Assembly: GCA_965228265.1 (NCBI GenBank)
Contig: OZ245804.1
Coordinates: forward strand, 207,298 to 271,297
Length of the DNA stretch: 64,000 bases
From: Phycisphaerales bacterium
Lineage (GTDB): Bacteria > Planctomycetota > Phycisphaerae > Phycisphaerales > UBA1924
Direction of reading: 5' to 3'
Both the position numbers and the translations under genes were made by a program. This document shows positions 1-9,060 of the stretch, piece by piece. Position 1 is the stretch's first letter; each line of letters starts with the position of its first letter. The notes under the pieces were generated by a model that did not search any database, had not been told where the DNA came from, and was given only the letters and a program-made list of their open reading frames with translations.

Positions 1-402
1 GGCTTCGTCAAAGGACATGCTCTCGGGGATGGGTTCGATGAGTCCGTCCGCGGAGATGGCGATGAGCTGGGCGTGGGTGCCGGCGGGCTTTGAGAAGGAG
101 GCCATGCCGAACACGCGATCGCCAGGGACAAAGCGTGTGACATCCGGTGCGGTTGACTCGACGACGCCGGCGAACTCGGTCCCGAGCACACGGCGTCGCG
201 GGCGGAAGATGCCGAGGGCGAGCTTTGCGGGCAACCAGAAGATGCCGGGGACGTTGAAGCCTCGGACGCGCGCGTCGCCCGACGAAACGGTGGTGGCACG
301 GATGCGCACGAGCACTTCGCCCGGTGCGGTGGCGGGGTCGGGTAGCTCGGTGAAGCGGATGACATCGGGGGAGCCGTAGCGGGAGACGATCGCGGCTTTC
401 AT
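1..402 (-). CDS. Zinc-binding/MDR-family NAD(P)H:quinone oxidoreductase, N-terminal part (gene continues beyond window start)
   Basis: Reverse-complement translation starting at ATG 402..400 reads MKAAIVSRYGSPDVIRFTELPDPATAPGEVLVRIRATTVSSGDARVRGFNVPG...GDRVFGMASF. This is typical of the N-terminal GroES-like domain of MDR quinone reductases. The listed 8..751 ORF is an Arg-rich antisense artefact. Confidence 0.7.
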   Translation of the reverse strand, partial: MKAAIVSRYGSPDVIRFTELPDPATAPGEVLVRIRATTVSSGDARVRGFNVPGIFWLPAKLALGIFRPRRRVLGTEFAGVVESTAPDVTRFVPGDRVFGMASFSKPAGTHAQLIAISADGLIEPIPESMSFDEA

Positions 403-441
403 GGGGAGGGGAGTCCTTGGGATGGTTGGCGGGGAGATTGC

Positions 442-1023
442 TTAGGCCTGATCGAGCAACCGCTCGGCCATGAGCCTTGCGCGGCGTGCGGCGACGCCGG
501 GGTTGTTGCCGCTGTCGGTGACCTGGCCGACGACGCGAGCCGTCACGATAGCACCTTCGAGGAGGATGTTGAGTTGCTCTGCGAGTTCGGCGGGATCGGC
601 GAAGTCGGCGGCCTCGCACAGTTCTTTGAGGTAGCGGACGATTTCCAGTTTGTGCTCGGCGGCGAGTCGGCGGGGCGCGGAGTCGGCGGAGGAGAACTCG
701 GCGGCGGCGTTGATGAACATGCAGCCGCAGAACTCGTTGCCGGTGAACCACTCCTCGTGGAAATCGAAGACGGCCAGGATTTGCTCGCGTGGGGTCTTGG
801 CCTGGGCGCCCACGAACTTCATGAGTTTGTTTCGGAAGATCTCGTCGCGACGGCGCATGGCGGCGACGACGAGCTCGTCTTTGGACTTGAAGTGGTTGTA
901 GAGCGTCATGCGGCTGATGCCGCCCTCTTTCTGGATGTCATCCAGGCTCGAGGCGTGGAAGCCGTGCTTGTAGAAGACGCGCATGGCTGCGTCGATCAGA
1001 TCGTCTCGTCGGCTGGGGGGCAT
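442..1023 (-). CDS. TetR/AcrR family transcriptional regulator
   Basis: N-terminal HTH reads AAMRVFYKHGFHASSLDDIQKEGGISRMTLYNHFKSKDEL. About 190 aa with a ligand-binding C-terminal domain. Confidence 0.85.
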   Translation of the reverse strand: MPPSRRDDLIDAAMRVFYKHGFHASSLDDIQKEGGISRMTLYNHFKSKDELVVAAMRRRDEIFRNKLMKFVGAQAKTPREQILAVFDFHEEWFTGNEFCGCMFINAAAEFSSADSAPRRLAAEHKLEIVRYLKELCEAADFADPAELAEQLNILLEGAIVTARVVGQVTDSGNNPGVAARRARLMAERLLDQA

Positions 1024-1364
1024 GGGTTCCCTCTGGTGAACAGGTCCTGTACTGACTCAACAGTACGCATGAAGAGGTCTTGCAGATCTCTTTCGTGAGA
1101 ATTTGCCTGGTCAGAATAGGAATTATCGGGGGTTTTGAACGCAGAATGCGGTTTCTATGGCGATTTTGCGAGAAACTCTGGAATGGGAGTTGAAGTATAC
1201 TGATTAGTCAGTATAGTTACGACACAAGGCCCGTTCCTCCCGGTGTTGGCGGGGCGCAGGGCTTTGAGGCAATCCGGCGCGAGGAGCGCCCACATCACCG
1301 CGATGGCCGAGCCCGGCGAGCGTTTCGCTGGGATGGGTATCGCATGGCCTGAAGGAGGCACACC

Positions 1365-1934
1365 ATGTCCCGTTTCCCGATTCACACCGCAGAGACCGCA
1401 CCCGCAGCCAAGTCGCTCATTTCGAACGCTGAGCAGGCGTTCGGCTTTCTTCCGAACCTGCTGGCCGTGATGGCCGAGGCCCCGGCGCTGCTCGAGGGGT
1501 ACATGACGCTGGCGTCGATCTTTGACAAGAGCGACCTCTCGCCGACCGAGCGTCAGATTGTGTTGATGGTGAACAACCGTCTGAACGGCTGCACGTACTG
1601 CATGGCGGCTCACTCGGGGATCGCCAAGGCGCAGGGTGTTTCCGACGATGTCATCTCGGCGCTCCGCGACGGGTCGGAGCTTGCAGACCCGAAGCTCGAG
1701 GCGCTGCGTGTGTTTGCGGTGAAGATCAACGAGAGCCGCGGCTGGCCTGAGGAGAGTGATATCGAGGCGCTGCTCGGCGCGGGGTATACGGCGCGGACGG
1801 TGCTCGAGGTGATTCTCGGCACGGCGGTGAAGGTGATGTCCAACTACACGAACCACATCGCAGGCACGCCGCTGGACAAGGCCTTTGCCGCGGTGGCGTG
1901 GTCGCCCGACGAGGCCTGCGCGACGCGCGGCTGA
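1365..1934 (+). CDS. Carboxymuconolactone decarboxylase (AhpD-like) family protein
   Basis: CMD-family motif region NNRLNGCTYCMAAHS. About 189 aa. Confidence 0.8.
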   Translation: MSRFPIHTAETAPAAKSLISNAEQAFGFLPNLLAVMAEAPALLEGYMTLASIFDKSDLSPTERQIVLMVNNRLNGCTYCMAAHSGIAKAQGVSDDVISALRDGSELADPKLEALRVFAVKINESRGWPEESDIEALLGAGYTARTVLEVILGTAVKVMSNYTNHIAGTPLDKAFAAVAWSPDEACATRG

Positions 1935-1989
1935 TTCCACTGGCTGATGGCGGGCGCTGGCAGCGCGGAGCCGACGCAAGGAGTTTGAT

Positions 1990-2496
1990 ATGAGTTCTGA
2001 AACAGGACCGGGCGCTTCGGCGTCTGCGCGATCGCCGCGCCCGCTCGTCCCGCCGTTCACGCCTGAGACGGCGTTGGCGAAGGTGCGAGCCGCGGAGGAC
2101 GCCTGGAACAGCAGAGATCCGGAGCGCGTGTCCATGGCGTACTCGCCCGACAGCGAGTGGCGCAACCGCGATGTGTTTGTGCGGGGACGCGACGAGATCC
2201 GGGCGTTTCTCCGGGGCAAATGGGAGCGTGAGCTGGATTACCGGCTGACCAAGGCGCTCTGGGGCTTTCGTGAGAACCGCATAGCCGTGCGGTTTCAGTA
2301 CGAATGGCACGACGCGGATGGGCGGTGGTTCCGCAGCTACGGCAACGAGTTGTGGGAGTTCGATGCGCTCGGCCTGATGCGTCGGCGCGAGGCGAGCATC
2401 AACGACGTTGCGATCACCGAGGCGGAGCGGCGTTTCCTCTGGCCCGCGCCGGGGCCGAGACCTGTGGTGCACGCGGGCATACCCGACGTGCGGTAA
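1990..2496 (+). CDS. DUF1348 (NTF2-like fold) protein
   Basis: 168 aa with an [10 protein letters not shown]...WRNRDVF...YEWHD pattern typical of DUF1348/SnoaL-like proteins. Confidence 0.55.
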   Translation: MSSETGPGASASARSPRPLVPPFTPETALAKVRAAEDAWNSRDPERVSMAYSPDSEWRNRDVFVRGRDEIRAFLRGKWERELDYRLTKALWGFRENRIAVRFQYEWHDADGRWFRSYGNELWEFDALGLMRRREASINDVAITEAERRFLWPAPGPRPVVHAGIPDVR

Positions 2497-2566
2497 CGCA
2501 AGGGGCTGCCCGGCGGGACGGTCTTGCGCGGGCATGCAGTACGAGCTTTGAGATTGACGCCGAGCG

Positions 2567-3805
2567 ATGAGCCCGGTGAGAAAGGAACAGCAGATGAACC
2601 GGAACAGGATGACGATTGCAGCTCTGACGATGTGTGCCGCCTGGCCCGTGACGGCTGGGGCGCAGCCGGGGCATCCCGATGAGCACGCGGGGCACGATCA
2701 CGCGCATCACATTCACTACATCAACGGCCCGCGTGAGGACGCGCCGATCCCGAGGCCCGGGGTGGAGCTTGGCCGGGGCAGCTTTGCGCTCCTAGTTATC
2801 GATCCGCAGAATGACTTTCTGAGTCCGGAGGGCGTCACCTGGGGCGTGGTTGGCGAGAGCGTGACGGAGAACAACACGGTCGAGAATATCGAGCGGTTGT
2901 TTGCGGCGGCCAAGGACGCCGATGCGAGGGTCTTTGTGAGCCCCCACTATTACTACCCGCACGACCACACCTGGAAGTTTGAGGGCGCGCTCGAGACGCT
3001 GATGCACGACATCAACATGTTCGAGCGCGAAGGGCCGTTGGCGACCGAGGGCATCGAGGGCTCGGGCGCGGACTGGCTGGAGCGGTACAAGCCCTACATC
3101 AATGATGGCGAGACGGTTGTGGTCAGCCCGCACAAGGTGTACGGCTCCGATTCGAACGACCTGGCGCTGCAGCTGCGCAAGGCGGGGGTCGATCAGGTTG
3201 TGATCGCGGGGATGTCGGCGAATTTGTGCGTCGAGTCGCACATGCGGAACTTGATCGAGGAGGGTTTCGAGGTGGCGATTGTGTCGGACGCGACGGCGGC
3301 CGCCAAGCTGCCCGGGTACGACGGCTACGAGGCGGCGTTCGTCAACTACCGCATGATCGCCAGCGACGTGTGGAGCACGGACGAGGCGGTCGAGAAGATC
3401 GCGGGGGCAAGGGGGAACCTCGTGAATGTTTCGGGCGCCAGCAGGATCGGGCTCGACGGGTTTGATCCGGTGAGTTTCTTCGAGGGCCGTTCGCCAGTGA
3501 ACGGGTCGCCGATGATTCGGGCCGAGCACGCGGGGGCGACGTACCTCTTTGCGAGCGAGCGGAGCCGGACGAAGTTCCTGGCCGACCCCGACCGGTTTGC
3601 GCCGCAGTACGGCGGGTTCTGCTCCTACGGGGTATCGATCAACATCCTGCTGCCGGTGGATATCACCACCGCGCAGGTGCGGAACGACAAGCTGTACCTG
3701 AACGTGAACGCGGACATCCTCGAGAAGTTCAACGCGGATTTCGAGGGCAGTGTCTCGCGTGCCGAAACGAACTGGCCGGGACTGTTCGAAGAGCACGCCG
3801 AGTGA
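2567..3805 (+). CDS. Secreted isochorismatase-family (cysteine hydrolase) protein with C-terminal YHS-like domain
   Basis: Signal-peptide-like N-terminus (alternative start 2594 MNRNRMTIAALTMCAAWPVTAGA). Isochorismatase core reads LLVIDPQNDF...VVIAGMSANLCVESHMRNL. C-terminus GLDGFDPVSFFEG...YGGFCSYGVS resembles a YHS/TRASH-type metal-binding module. Confidence 0.65.
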   Translation: MSPVRKEQQMNRNRMTIAALTMCAAWPVTAGAQPGHPDEHAGHDHAHHIHYINGPREDAPIPRPGVELGRGSFALLVIDPQNDFLSPEGVTWGVVGESVTENNTVENIERLFAAAKDADARVFVSPHYYYPHDHTWKFEGALETLMHDINMFEREGPLATEGIEGSGADWLERYKPYINDGETVVVSPHKVYGSDSNDLALQLRKAGVDQVVIAGMSANLCVESHMRNLIEEGFEVAIVSDATAAAKLPGYDGYEAAFVNYRMIASDVWSTDEAVEKIAGARGNLVNVSGASRIGLDGFDPVSFFEGRSPVNGSPMIRAEHAGATYLFASERSRTKFLADPDRFAPQYGGFCSYGVSINILLPVDITTAQVRNDKLYLNVNADILEKFNADFEGSVSRAETNWPGLFEEHAE

Positions 3806-3985
3806 GCGTCAGACCGCAGACAGACCGGTGACTGACCAAGCCAGACCCCCACATTCCCCGCCCGCTCGGCATCGATCGCCGGCGGGCGGGTTGTTTGCTG
3901 GGGCATGAGGAGATCTGTGTCAGTGATGTTCGAGACACTCACGGCACGGCAAGTGCAGGAGTGCGGGAGTGCATTCGCGCGGGCA

Positions 3986-4705
3986 TCAGTATGCTTCGTC
4001 AGTCATCGCCTCGAGTCGTTTGTAGACCAGTGAGACCATGCGATCGCAGCGTTCACCATCGAACGCAAGCTGGCGGCGGATCTCGTCGGCGCCGGCACCT
4101 TTGAGGGCTTGTGCCATCTTGGGTTTGGTCCTGAGAAGACAGACTTTCACGTTGCTTTCTGTCATGCCGAGACTTGCGGCGGTTTCGCGTGTGCTGAGTC
4201 CCTGCACGATGCGGAGCATGACGACCCCCCGCTCACGTTCGGAGAGCGCATCCAGGGCGTCGTCGAACATCTGCATCCTTTCTTGACTATCCATGCTTTG
4301 CCCTGAATCTCGGGTGCGGGGCGTGGTCTGTTCGTACGACTCGACGGACTGTTCGCGCAGCCGCTGCTTCGCCCGGCGTGAACGGAAACGCAGGGCTTCA
4401 TTGAACACGATGCGTGTCATCCATGTGACGAGCCTGGAGCGTTCAGCGAATTCGGGGAGCCCCTTGTAGATGCGGATGTATGACTCTTGCAGGACGTCCT
4501 GTGCGTCGGTGTCGTTGGTCAGCACGGATCGAGCAGTGCGGAAGAGGCGTTCGTTGTGTCGCCGCATGAGCAGTTCGAATGCGCCGACATCGCCGGATAT
4601 CACACGCGAGGCCACTTCGGCGTCGTCCATCGGGGCCAGTGTATCGAGTTTATTCAGATACGTTCGCATCGTGCGCTCGTGAGGATTGTACGGGTGCTTT
4701 CTCAT
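3986..4705 (-). CDS. ECF-type RNA polymerase sigma-70 factor with C-terminal extension
   Basis: Sigma-70 region 2 (DAQDVLQESYIRIYKGLPEF) and region 4 (LSERERGVVMLRIVQGLSTRETAASLGMTESNVKVCLLR). About 50-aa C-terminal tail. Confidence 0.8.
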   Translation of the reverse strand: MRKHPYNPHERTMRTYLNKLDTLAPMDDAEVASRVISGDVGAFELLMRRHNERLFRTARSVLTNDTDAQDVLQESYIRIYKGLPEFAERSRLVTWMTRIVFNEALRFRSRRAKQRLREQSVESYEQTTPRTRDSGQSMDSQERMQMFDDALDALSERERGVVMLRIVQGLSTRETAASLGMTESNVKVCLLRTKPKMAQALKGAGADEIRRQLAFDGERCDRMVSLVYKRLEAMTDEAY

Positions 4706-5133
4706 GATGCGTACGTCGAGGTCGTGCGATGCGACACGCCGACGCCGGGGATGAGCTGCTCGCCGCGATACGCCGCCAGCCCGGAGAGTGTGTACGCCCC
4801 GAGCGCCATGACCAGGTCTCGCACGGCGATATCGAGGTAGCCGGCCAGTGCGACGTTGATTGCGATGAGCACAAGCCAGGCGGCTACGACGTATCCGCCC
4901 AGTCTTGTGAGTTTGGTCAGGACCGCGAGCCCCGCGACAATCTCGATCACGCCCACGATCATCATGAAGACGGCGGGCTTGAACGGGAGAAGATCGCCAG
5001 CGAATTGGGGCAGGTATTGCGACCAGTCGGTGAGCAGGTTTGTGAACTTATCGGCACCCGCGACGATCGGCACCAGGCCGTAGCAGAGGCGGAGCGGGAT
5101 ATACAGGTGATCGAGCCGGTTGTTGCTTTCCAT
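4702..5133 (-). CDS. DoxX family membrane protein
   Basis: 143 aa with four predicted TM segments and a DoxX-like profile. Overlaps the start of the downstream sigma factor by 4 nt, so the two genes form an operon. Confidence 0.7.
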   Translation of the reverse strand: MESNNRLDHLYIPLRLCYGLVPIVAGADKFTNLLTDWSQYLPQFAGDLLPFKPAVFMMIVGVIEIVAGLAVLTKLTRLGGYVVAAWLVLIAINVALAGYLDIAVRDLVMALGAYTLSGLAAYRGEQLIPGVGVSHRTTSTYAS

Positions 5134-5156
5134 GGTGGGTCCTTCCTTTCAGGAAG

Positions 5157-6041
5157 TCAGACCCGGGCTTCAGCGGCGCGGTTACACGGCCTTTCTGCTC
5201 GTTGCGATTTCACCTGTTTCGCCGGCCGGGGATGTTCGCCGGGCGGCGGCGTGCCCAGCCCCGCCCGCGAGGACGAGAAGGGCGTACCCAGCATCCCCCG
5301 CAGCGATTCGATTTCTTCGGGCTTGAATCCATCAAGACCAACCGGGATGGCTTCTGGATCGGAGCGAGCCGACGCGGTCCCAAAGATTCTGTCCCAGATG
5401 GAGAGTACCGCGCCGTAGTTGCTGTCGGTCAGCGGCTGCCATCGCGCGTGGTGCAAGCGATGCGAGCCCGGCGTGATGATGAACACGCGGAGCACCCGTT
5501 CAAGTTGACGTGGCAGGCGAATATTGGCGTGATGAAAGACGCTCATCGGGATGACGATCGCGTTGTACAGAGCCAGGTCGTGGATGCGGAATCCGAAGAT
5601 GAGAAGCAGCGGGATGAGCATGAGCCCGTGCGCCACGACTTCCAGCGTGTGGAACCGAAAGGCCGTCGTGCTCTCGACATGTTCGGCGTGATGATGGACC
5701 GCGTGCATCCTCCAGAGGAATGGCACCTTGTGCATCACCACATGACTCGTGTACTGGCAGAGATCAAGAATGAGGAACGCGGCGAGTGCGGCACCCCACA
5801 CCGGGAGATCCAAGAGCTTGAGCAGCCCGATGCCGTTCCTGGTGGCGTATGTGTCCATGATGCCCAGCAGCGAAGCAATCCCGATCGTCGGGATCGCGTT
5901 GATCGCTCCGAGCACGAGATGCCTGCACCGAACTGCCCTCGAGTCCGTTCTGGCCATCTGGACAGCGGGCACGACGAGTTCGCACGCCCAGCACCCCGCA
6001 AGAAAGACAACAACCGCCAACGTCTGAATCTCATACAACAT
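5157..6041 (-). CDS. Fatty-acid hydroxylase / sterol desaturase superfamily membrane protein
   Basis: Histidine boxes HVVMHK, HAVHHH, HRLHH and the WDRIFGT motif. Confidence 0.75.
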   Translation of the reverse strand: MLYEIQTLAVVVFLAGCWACELVVPAVQMARTDSRAVRCRHLVLGAINAIPTIGIASLLGIMDTYATRNGIGLLKLLDLPVWGAALAAFLILDLCQYTSHVVMHKVPFLWRMHAVHHHAEHVESTTAFRFHTLEVVAHGLMLIPLLLIFGFRIHDLALYNAIVIPMSVFHHANIRLPRQLERVLRVFIITPGSHRLHHARWQPLTDSNYGAVLSIWDRIFGTASARSDPEAIPVGLDGFKPEEIESLRGMLGTPFSSSRAGLGTPPPGEHPRPAKQVKSQRAERPCNRAAEARV

Positions 6042-6189
6042 GTCTGGGGTCGCGCCTCCATGGTTGATGACCCAGCACAGGCGATGTTGGTTACATCCAG
6101 TTCAATGTATGCCTTTCATTATTTGTCGGTAACCGATCGGATGCAAGAAGGGTCTTGTCTGCCGCACCTCTCGCGGTGATCGCGAAGAA

Positions 6190-6560
6190 AGGACAGACAG
6201 CACATGAAATTGAGTGGTTCAATCAACCCCTGTTTCCGAGCCCGACTGAGAGCCATACTGATGTGATCATTTGCGGGAACTTCAAGAGGCGCGTCAGTGA
6301 ATCTGTGAGCGCACACCACGCACAGCCCGATCGGCTCGTAAAGCTGCTCGAAATCGCCCGTTTGATGGGGAATTCCCGTCGTCGGAGCGCCGTGTTCTCG
6401 AGTCGATGCTGTCGCGCGTTCTGTCAGAGGAGGATGTCAAGCGGTGAGCATCATTCGACGCTGCGGATCAGGTCGCGTTCTCAGGTCGACTCAGTCCAGA
6501 TCCGCTCTTCGATCCCGCATTGCTCGCATGCTCGCGATCCTCCCCAAGCGTCACCCCCAC
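6190..6560. repeat. Decayed copy of tRNA-Lys att fragment plus ~320-bp island-end repeat (copy A)
   Basis: About 75% nucleotide identity to 8700-9060. For example, both contain gagcccgactga..., ...cagcc[cg]gatcg[ga]ctcg[ta]aa...gtcgaaatcgcccg..., and ...ggatc[at]ggtc[ga]cg[tc]tctcaggtcgactc[ac]gtccagatccgctcttcgatcccgcattgctcgcatgctcg. Confidence 0.5.
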
Positions 6561-6648
6561 CGCGAGCACACCCCCACTTTCTCCGCCCATTCGGCGCAGA
6601 ATGCCGGCGGGCGGGGTAGAAGTTGGGGCGTGCGGATGTTTGCAGCGA

Positions 6649-7506
6649 TCAGGACTGAACGCTGTGTTCGGCCTTGATGACACCACCGGCGACAGCTCGG
6701 GCCGCGAACTCTCTGAAGCTGCGCGGCGGTCGGCCGAGCGCGCGTTCGATGCCGTCGGAGAGGTGCGCGTTGACGCCCGACTTCGTGATGTCGAAGAGAT
6801 ACCGCAGCAGGTCGGCGTACGCCGAGGGGACACCTGCCTGTGCCATGCCATCGAAGAACTGCTCGTCGCTGACGGGGATGTATCGGATCTCGCGTCCCGT
6901 CGCTTCGCTGAGGAGCGTTGCGATGTCGGCGTAGGTCAGCAGCTCTGGGCCTGAGACCTCGTAGATCTCGCCGGTGTGCCGGGGATCGAGCAGCGACTCG
7001 ACCACAACCTCGGCGATGTCATCGACATCGACGAACGGCTCGCGCACATCGGGGTTCGGGAGCGTGATCGCGCCATCGGCGATCGTGCCGGCGAATTCGC
7101 CTTCGCTGAAGTTCTGGTTGAACCACGCGGCGCGGACAATGGTGAAAGCGAGCCCCGAGTGTTCGACAATCTGCTCGCAAGCCCGGGCTTCGGGCTCGCC
7201 CCGACCCGAGAGCAGGACGATCTTGCGTACGCCGCGTTCTTTGGCGATCTCGACGAATCGGCGGAGGTCCTGATCGGCACCCGGGACGGCAAGGTCCGGG
7301 GTGTACACGACGTAGGCCGCGTCCATGCTTTCCAGCGCGGGCCCCCAAGTCGTGGGCTCGGCCCAATCGAACGCGGGCGTGCCCGATCTGGATCCACGGC
7401 GGACGGTCACGCCGCGCGACTCGAGCTGCCGGGCCACGCGCCGGCCAGTCTTGCCGTTGGCGGCGATGACGAGGATGTTCTGGGGTTGGTGTTGCTGGCT
7501 TGCCAT
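6649..7506 (-). CDS. NmrA-family NAD(P)-binding oxidoreductase
   Basis: N-terminal Rossmann motif ILVIAANGKTGRRVARQL. About 285 aa with an NmrA-like profile. Confidence 0.8.
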   Translation of the reverse strand: MASQQHQPQNILVIAANGKTGRRVARQLESRGVTVRRGSRSGTPAFDWAEPTTWGPALESMDAAYVVYTPDLAVPGADQDLRRFVEIAKERGVRKIVLLSGRGEPEARACEQIVEHSGLAFTIVRAAWFNQNFSEGEFAGTIADGAITLPNPDVREPFVDVDDIAEVVVESLLDPRHTGEIYEVSGPELLTYADIATLLSEATGREIRYIPVSDEQFFDGMAQAGVPSAYADLLRYLFDITKSGVNAHLSDGIERALGRPPRSFREFAARAVAGGVIKAEHSVQS

Positions 7507-7639
7507 GGGTTGCTCCGATCATGGATGCGGGCGGCCTCACTCTGCCGCCCCGGTTCATGTATCCATCATCAGACCTATCCACAAGACTCTCAATGATCGT
7601 TTTTCTGTTTTTCTTGCTCATTCGTCCAGTATCGTGGCG

Positions 7640-8677
7640 ATGGAGTGCGACGCGTCTCTATCATGCCGCATGCCAACGACGACGAGGACAAGTCAAACTA
7701 AACCGCCCGCGGATGCGTGGGAGTCGACGGATCCTCTGGGGGAGACGCTTCACTCGTTTCGCCTGGAGGGGGTGGTGTACGCCCGGTCACGCCTGACCGC
7801 ACCGTGGGGTATCGCCATGCCTCCGATGCCCGGTTGTCTGATGTTTCACATCGTGACGGCAGGCTCGTGCAGACTTGAGTTCGCTGATCAAGAAGCCGCG
7901 ACCATCCGCCCCGGCGAGTTCGCTCTGATGCCCCGTGGCGAGGGGCATGCGATCAAGTATGACGAGGGGGTGGCTGCTGAGCCCTTCTTCGACCTGCCCA
8001 TCCAGCGGATCACGCCTCGCTACGAGCTGCTCGACTACGGGGGCGGCGGCGAGGAAACCACGCTGATCTGCGGCGCGGTCCGCTTCGACCATCCGGCTGC
8101 TGGCGACTTGATCGAGCTGCTGCCGAGCTTGATTCATATCAGAACATGGAACTCGACTTCCGGGAATTCGGCTCACGCCGAGTGGATGCACAGCACGCTG
8201 CGGCTCATGGCGGCGGAGGCGAGCACACGTCAACCCGGCGGCGAGACGGTGGTGACAAGACTGGCCGACATCCTGGTGATACAGGCGATCCGTTCGTGGC
8301 TTCTGGAGAATCCGGCCTCGCGTCGCGGCTGGCTTGGTGCGCTTGATGACAAACGCATCGGGCCCGCGATCCTGCAGATTCACCGCGAACCGACGAAGGA
8401 CTGGACCGTCGCAACTCTCGCCCAATCGGTCTCGATGTCCCGCTCGGCGTTTTCGGCCCGTTTCACCGAGCTCGTCGGCGAATCCGCGATGCAGTATCTC
8501 ACACGATGGCGCATGCACCTGGCGGGATCGTGGCTGCGCGATGGCGACATCACAGCAGCCGAGTGCGGGGCACGTCTCGGTTACAACTCCGAGGCGGCAT
8601 TCAGCCGGGCATTTAAAAGAGTGATGGGCCAGCCGCCGGGAGCCTGGCAGTCCTCGGAGCAGCCCCCGGGAGCATGA
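7640..8677 (+). CDS. AraC-family transcriptional regulator (cupin-like N-domain + AraC HTH)
   Basis: C-terminal double HTH reads WTVATLAQSVSMSRSAFSARFTELVGESAMQYLTRWRMHLAGSWL...AAECGARLGYNSEAAFSRAFKRVMG. Start chosen at ATG 7640 (alternative 7670). The longer 7325 ORF would overlap the convergent NmrA gene. Confidence 0.8.
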   Translation: MECDASLSCRMPTTTRTSQTKPPADAWESTDPLGETLHSFRLEGVVYARSRLTAPWGIAMPPMPGCLMFHIVTAGSCRLEFADQEAATIRPGEFALMPRGEGHAIKYDEGVAAEPFFDLPIQRITPRYELLDYGGGGEETTLICGAVRFDHPAAGDLIELLPSLIHIRTWNSTSGNSAHAEWMHSTLRLMAAEASTRQPGGETVVTRLADILVIQAIRSWLLENPASRRGWLGALDDKRIGPAILQIHREPTKDWTVATLAQSVSMSRSAFSARFTELVGESAMQYLTRWRMHLAGSWLRDGDITAAECGARLGYNSEAAFSRAFKRVMGQPPGAWQSSEQPPGA

Positions 8678-8708
8678 ACGTCGCCGGACTCAAGAAGCCG
8701 AACAGAAG

Positions 8709-8750
8709 TACCCCCCGAAGGACTCGAACCTTCAACCCGCTGATTAAGAG
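8709..8750 (-). repeat. Direct repeat DR1: 42-bp copy of the 3' half (anticodon loop to discriminator) of tRNA-Lys(CTT) - left att site
   Basis: Sequence ta ccccccgaag gactcgaacc ttcaacccgc tgattaagag at 8709-8750 is identical to 47929-47970 inside the intact tRNA-Lys gene. Confidence 0.85.
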
Positions 8751-9060
8751 CCCGACTGAAAACCGCACTGACGCGATCAGAAGCGGGAGTTTCGATGAGC
8801 GCGGAAGTGGATCTGTGGGCGAACGCGACGCACAGCCGGATCGACTCGAAATGCTGGTCGAAATCGCCCGCGTGATCAGCCGGCTTCCGCCGGCGGAACG
8901 CCATGTTCTTGGGTCGATGCTATCGCTTGTCTTGCCTGACGGTGACGCTTCGCGGTGAGCATCTCTCGATGCTGCGGATCTGGTCACGCTCTCAAGTCGA
9001 CTCCGTCCAGATCCGCTCTTCGATCCCGCATTGCTCGCATGCTCGTAGGTATTTAGGGCC
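8751..9060. repeat. Island-end ~320-bp repeat (copy B) abutting DR1
   Basis: Homologous to 6250-6560 (see copy A). Confidence 0.5.

Noticed and set aside
8-751. 247-aa Arg-rich ORF on the minus strand
   Set aside because: The composition (R/P/H-rich) is typical of an out-of-frame read through high-GC coding DNA. The real genes here are the MDR oxidoreductase (another minus frame) and the TetR regulator.
7325-7639. 5' extension of the AraC ORF
   Set aside because: It would overlap the convergent NmrA gene by ~180 nt, and the region has no AraC-domain similarity. An internal ATG at 7640/7670 was chosen instead.
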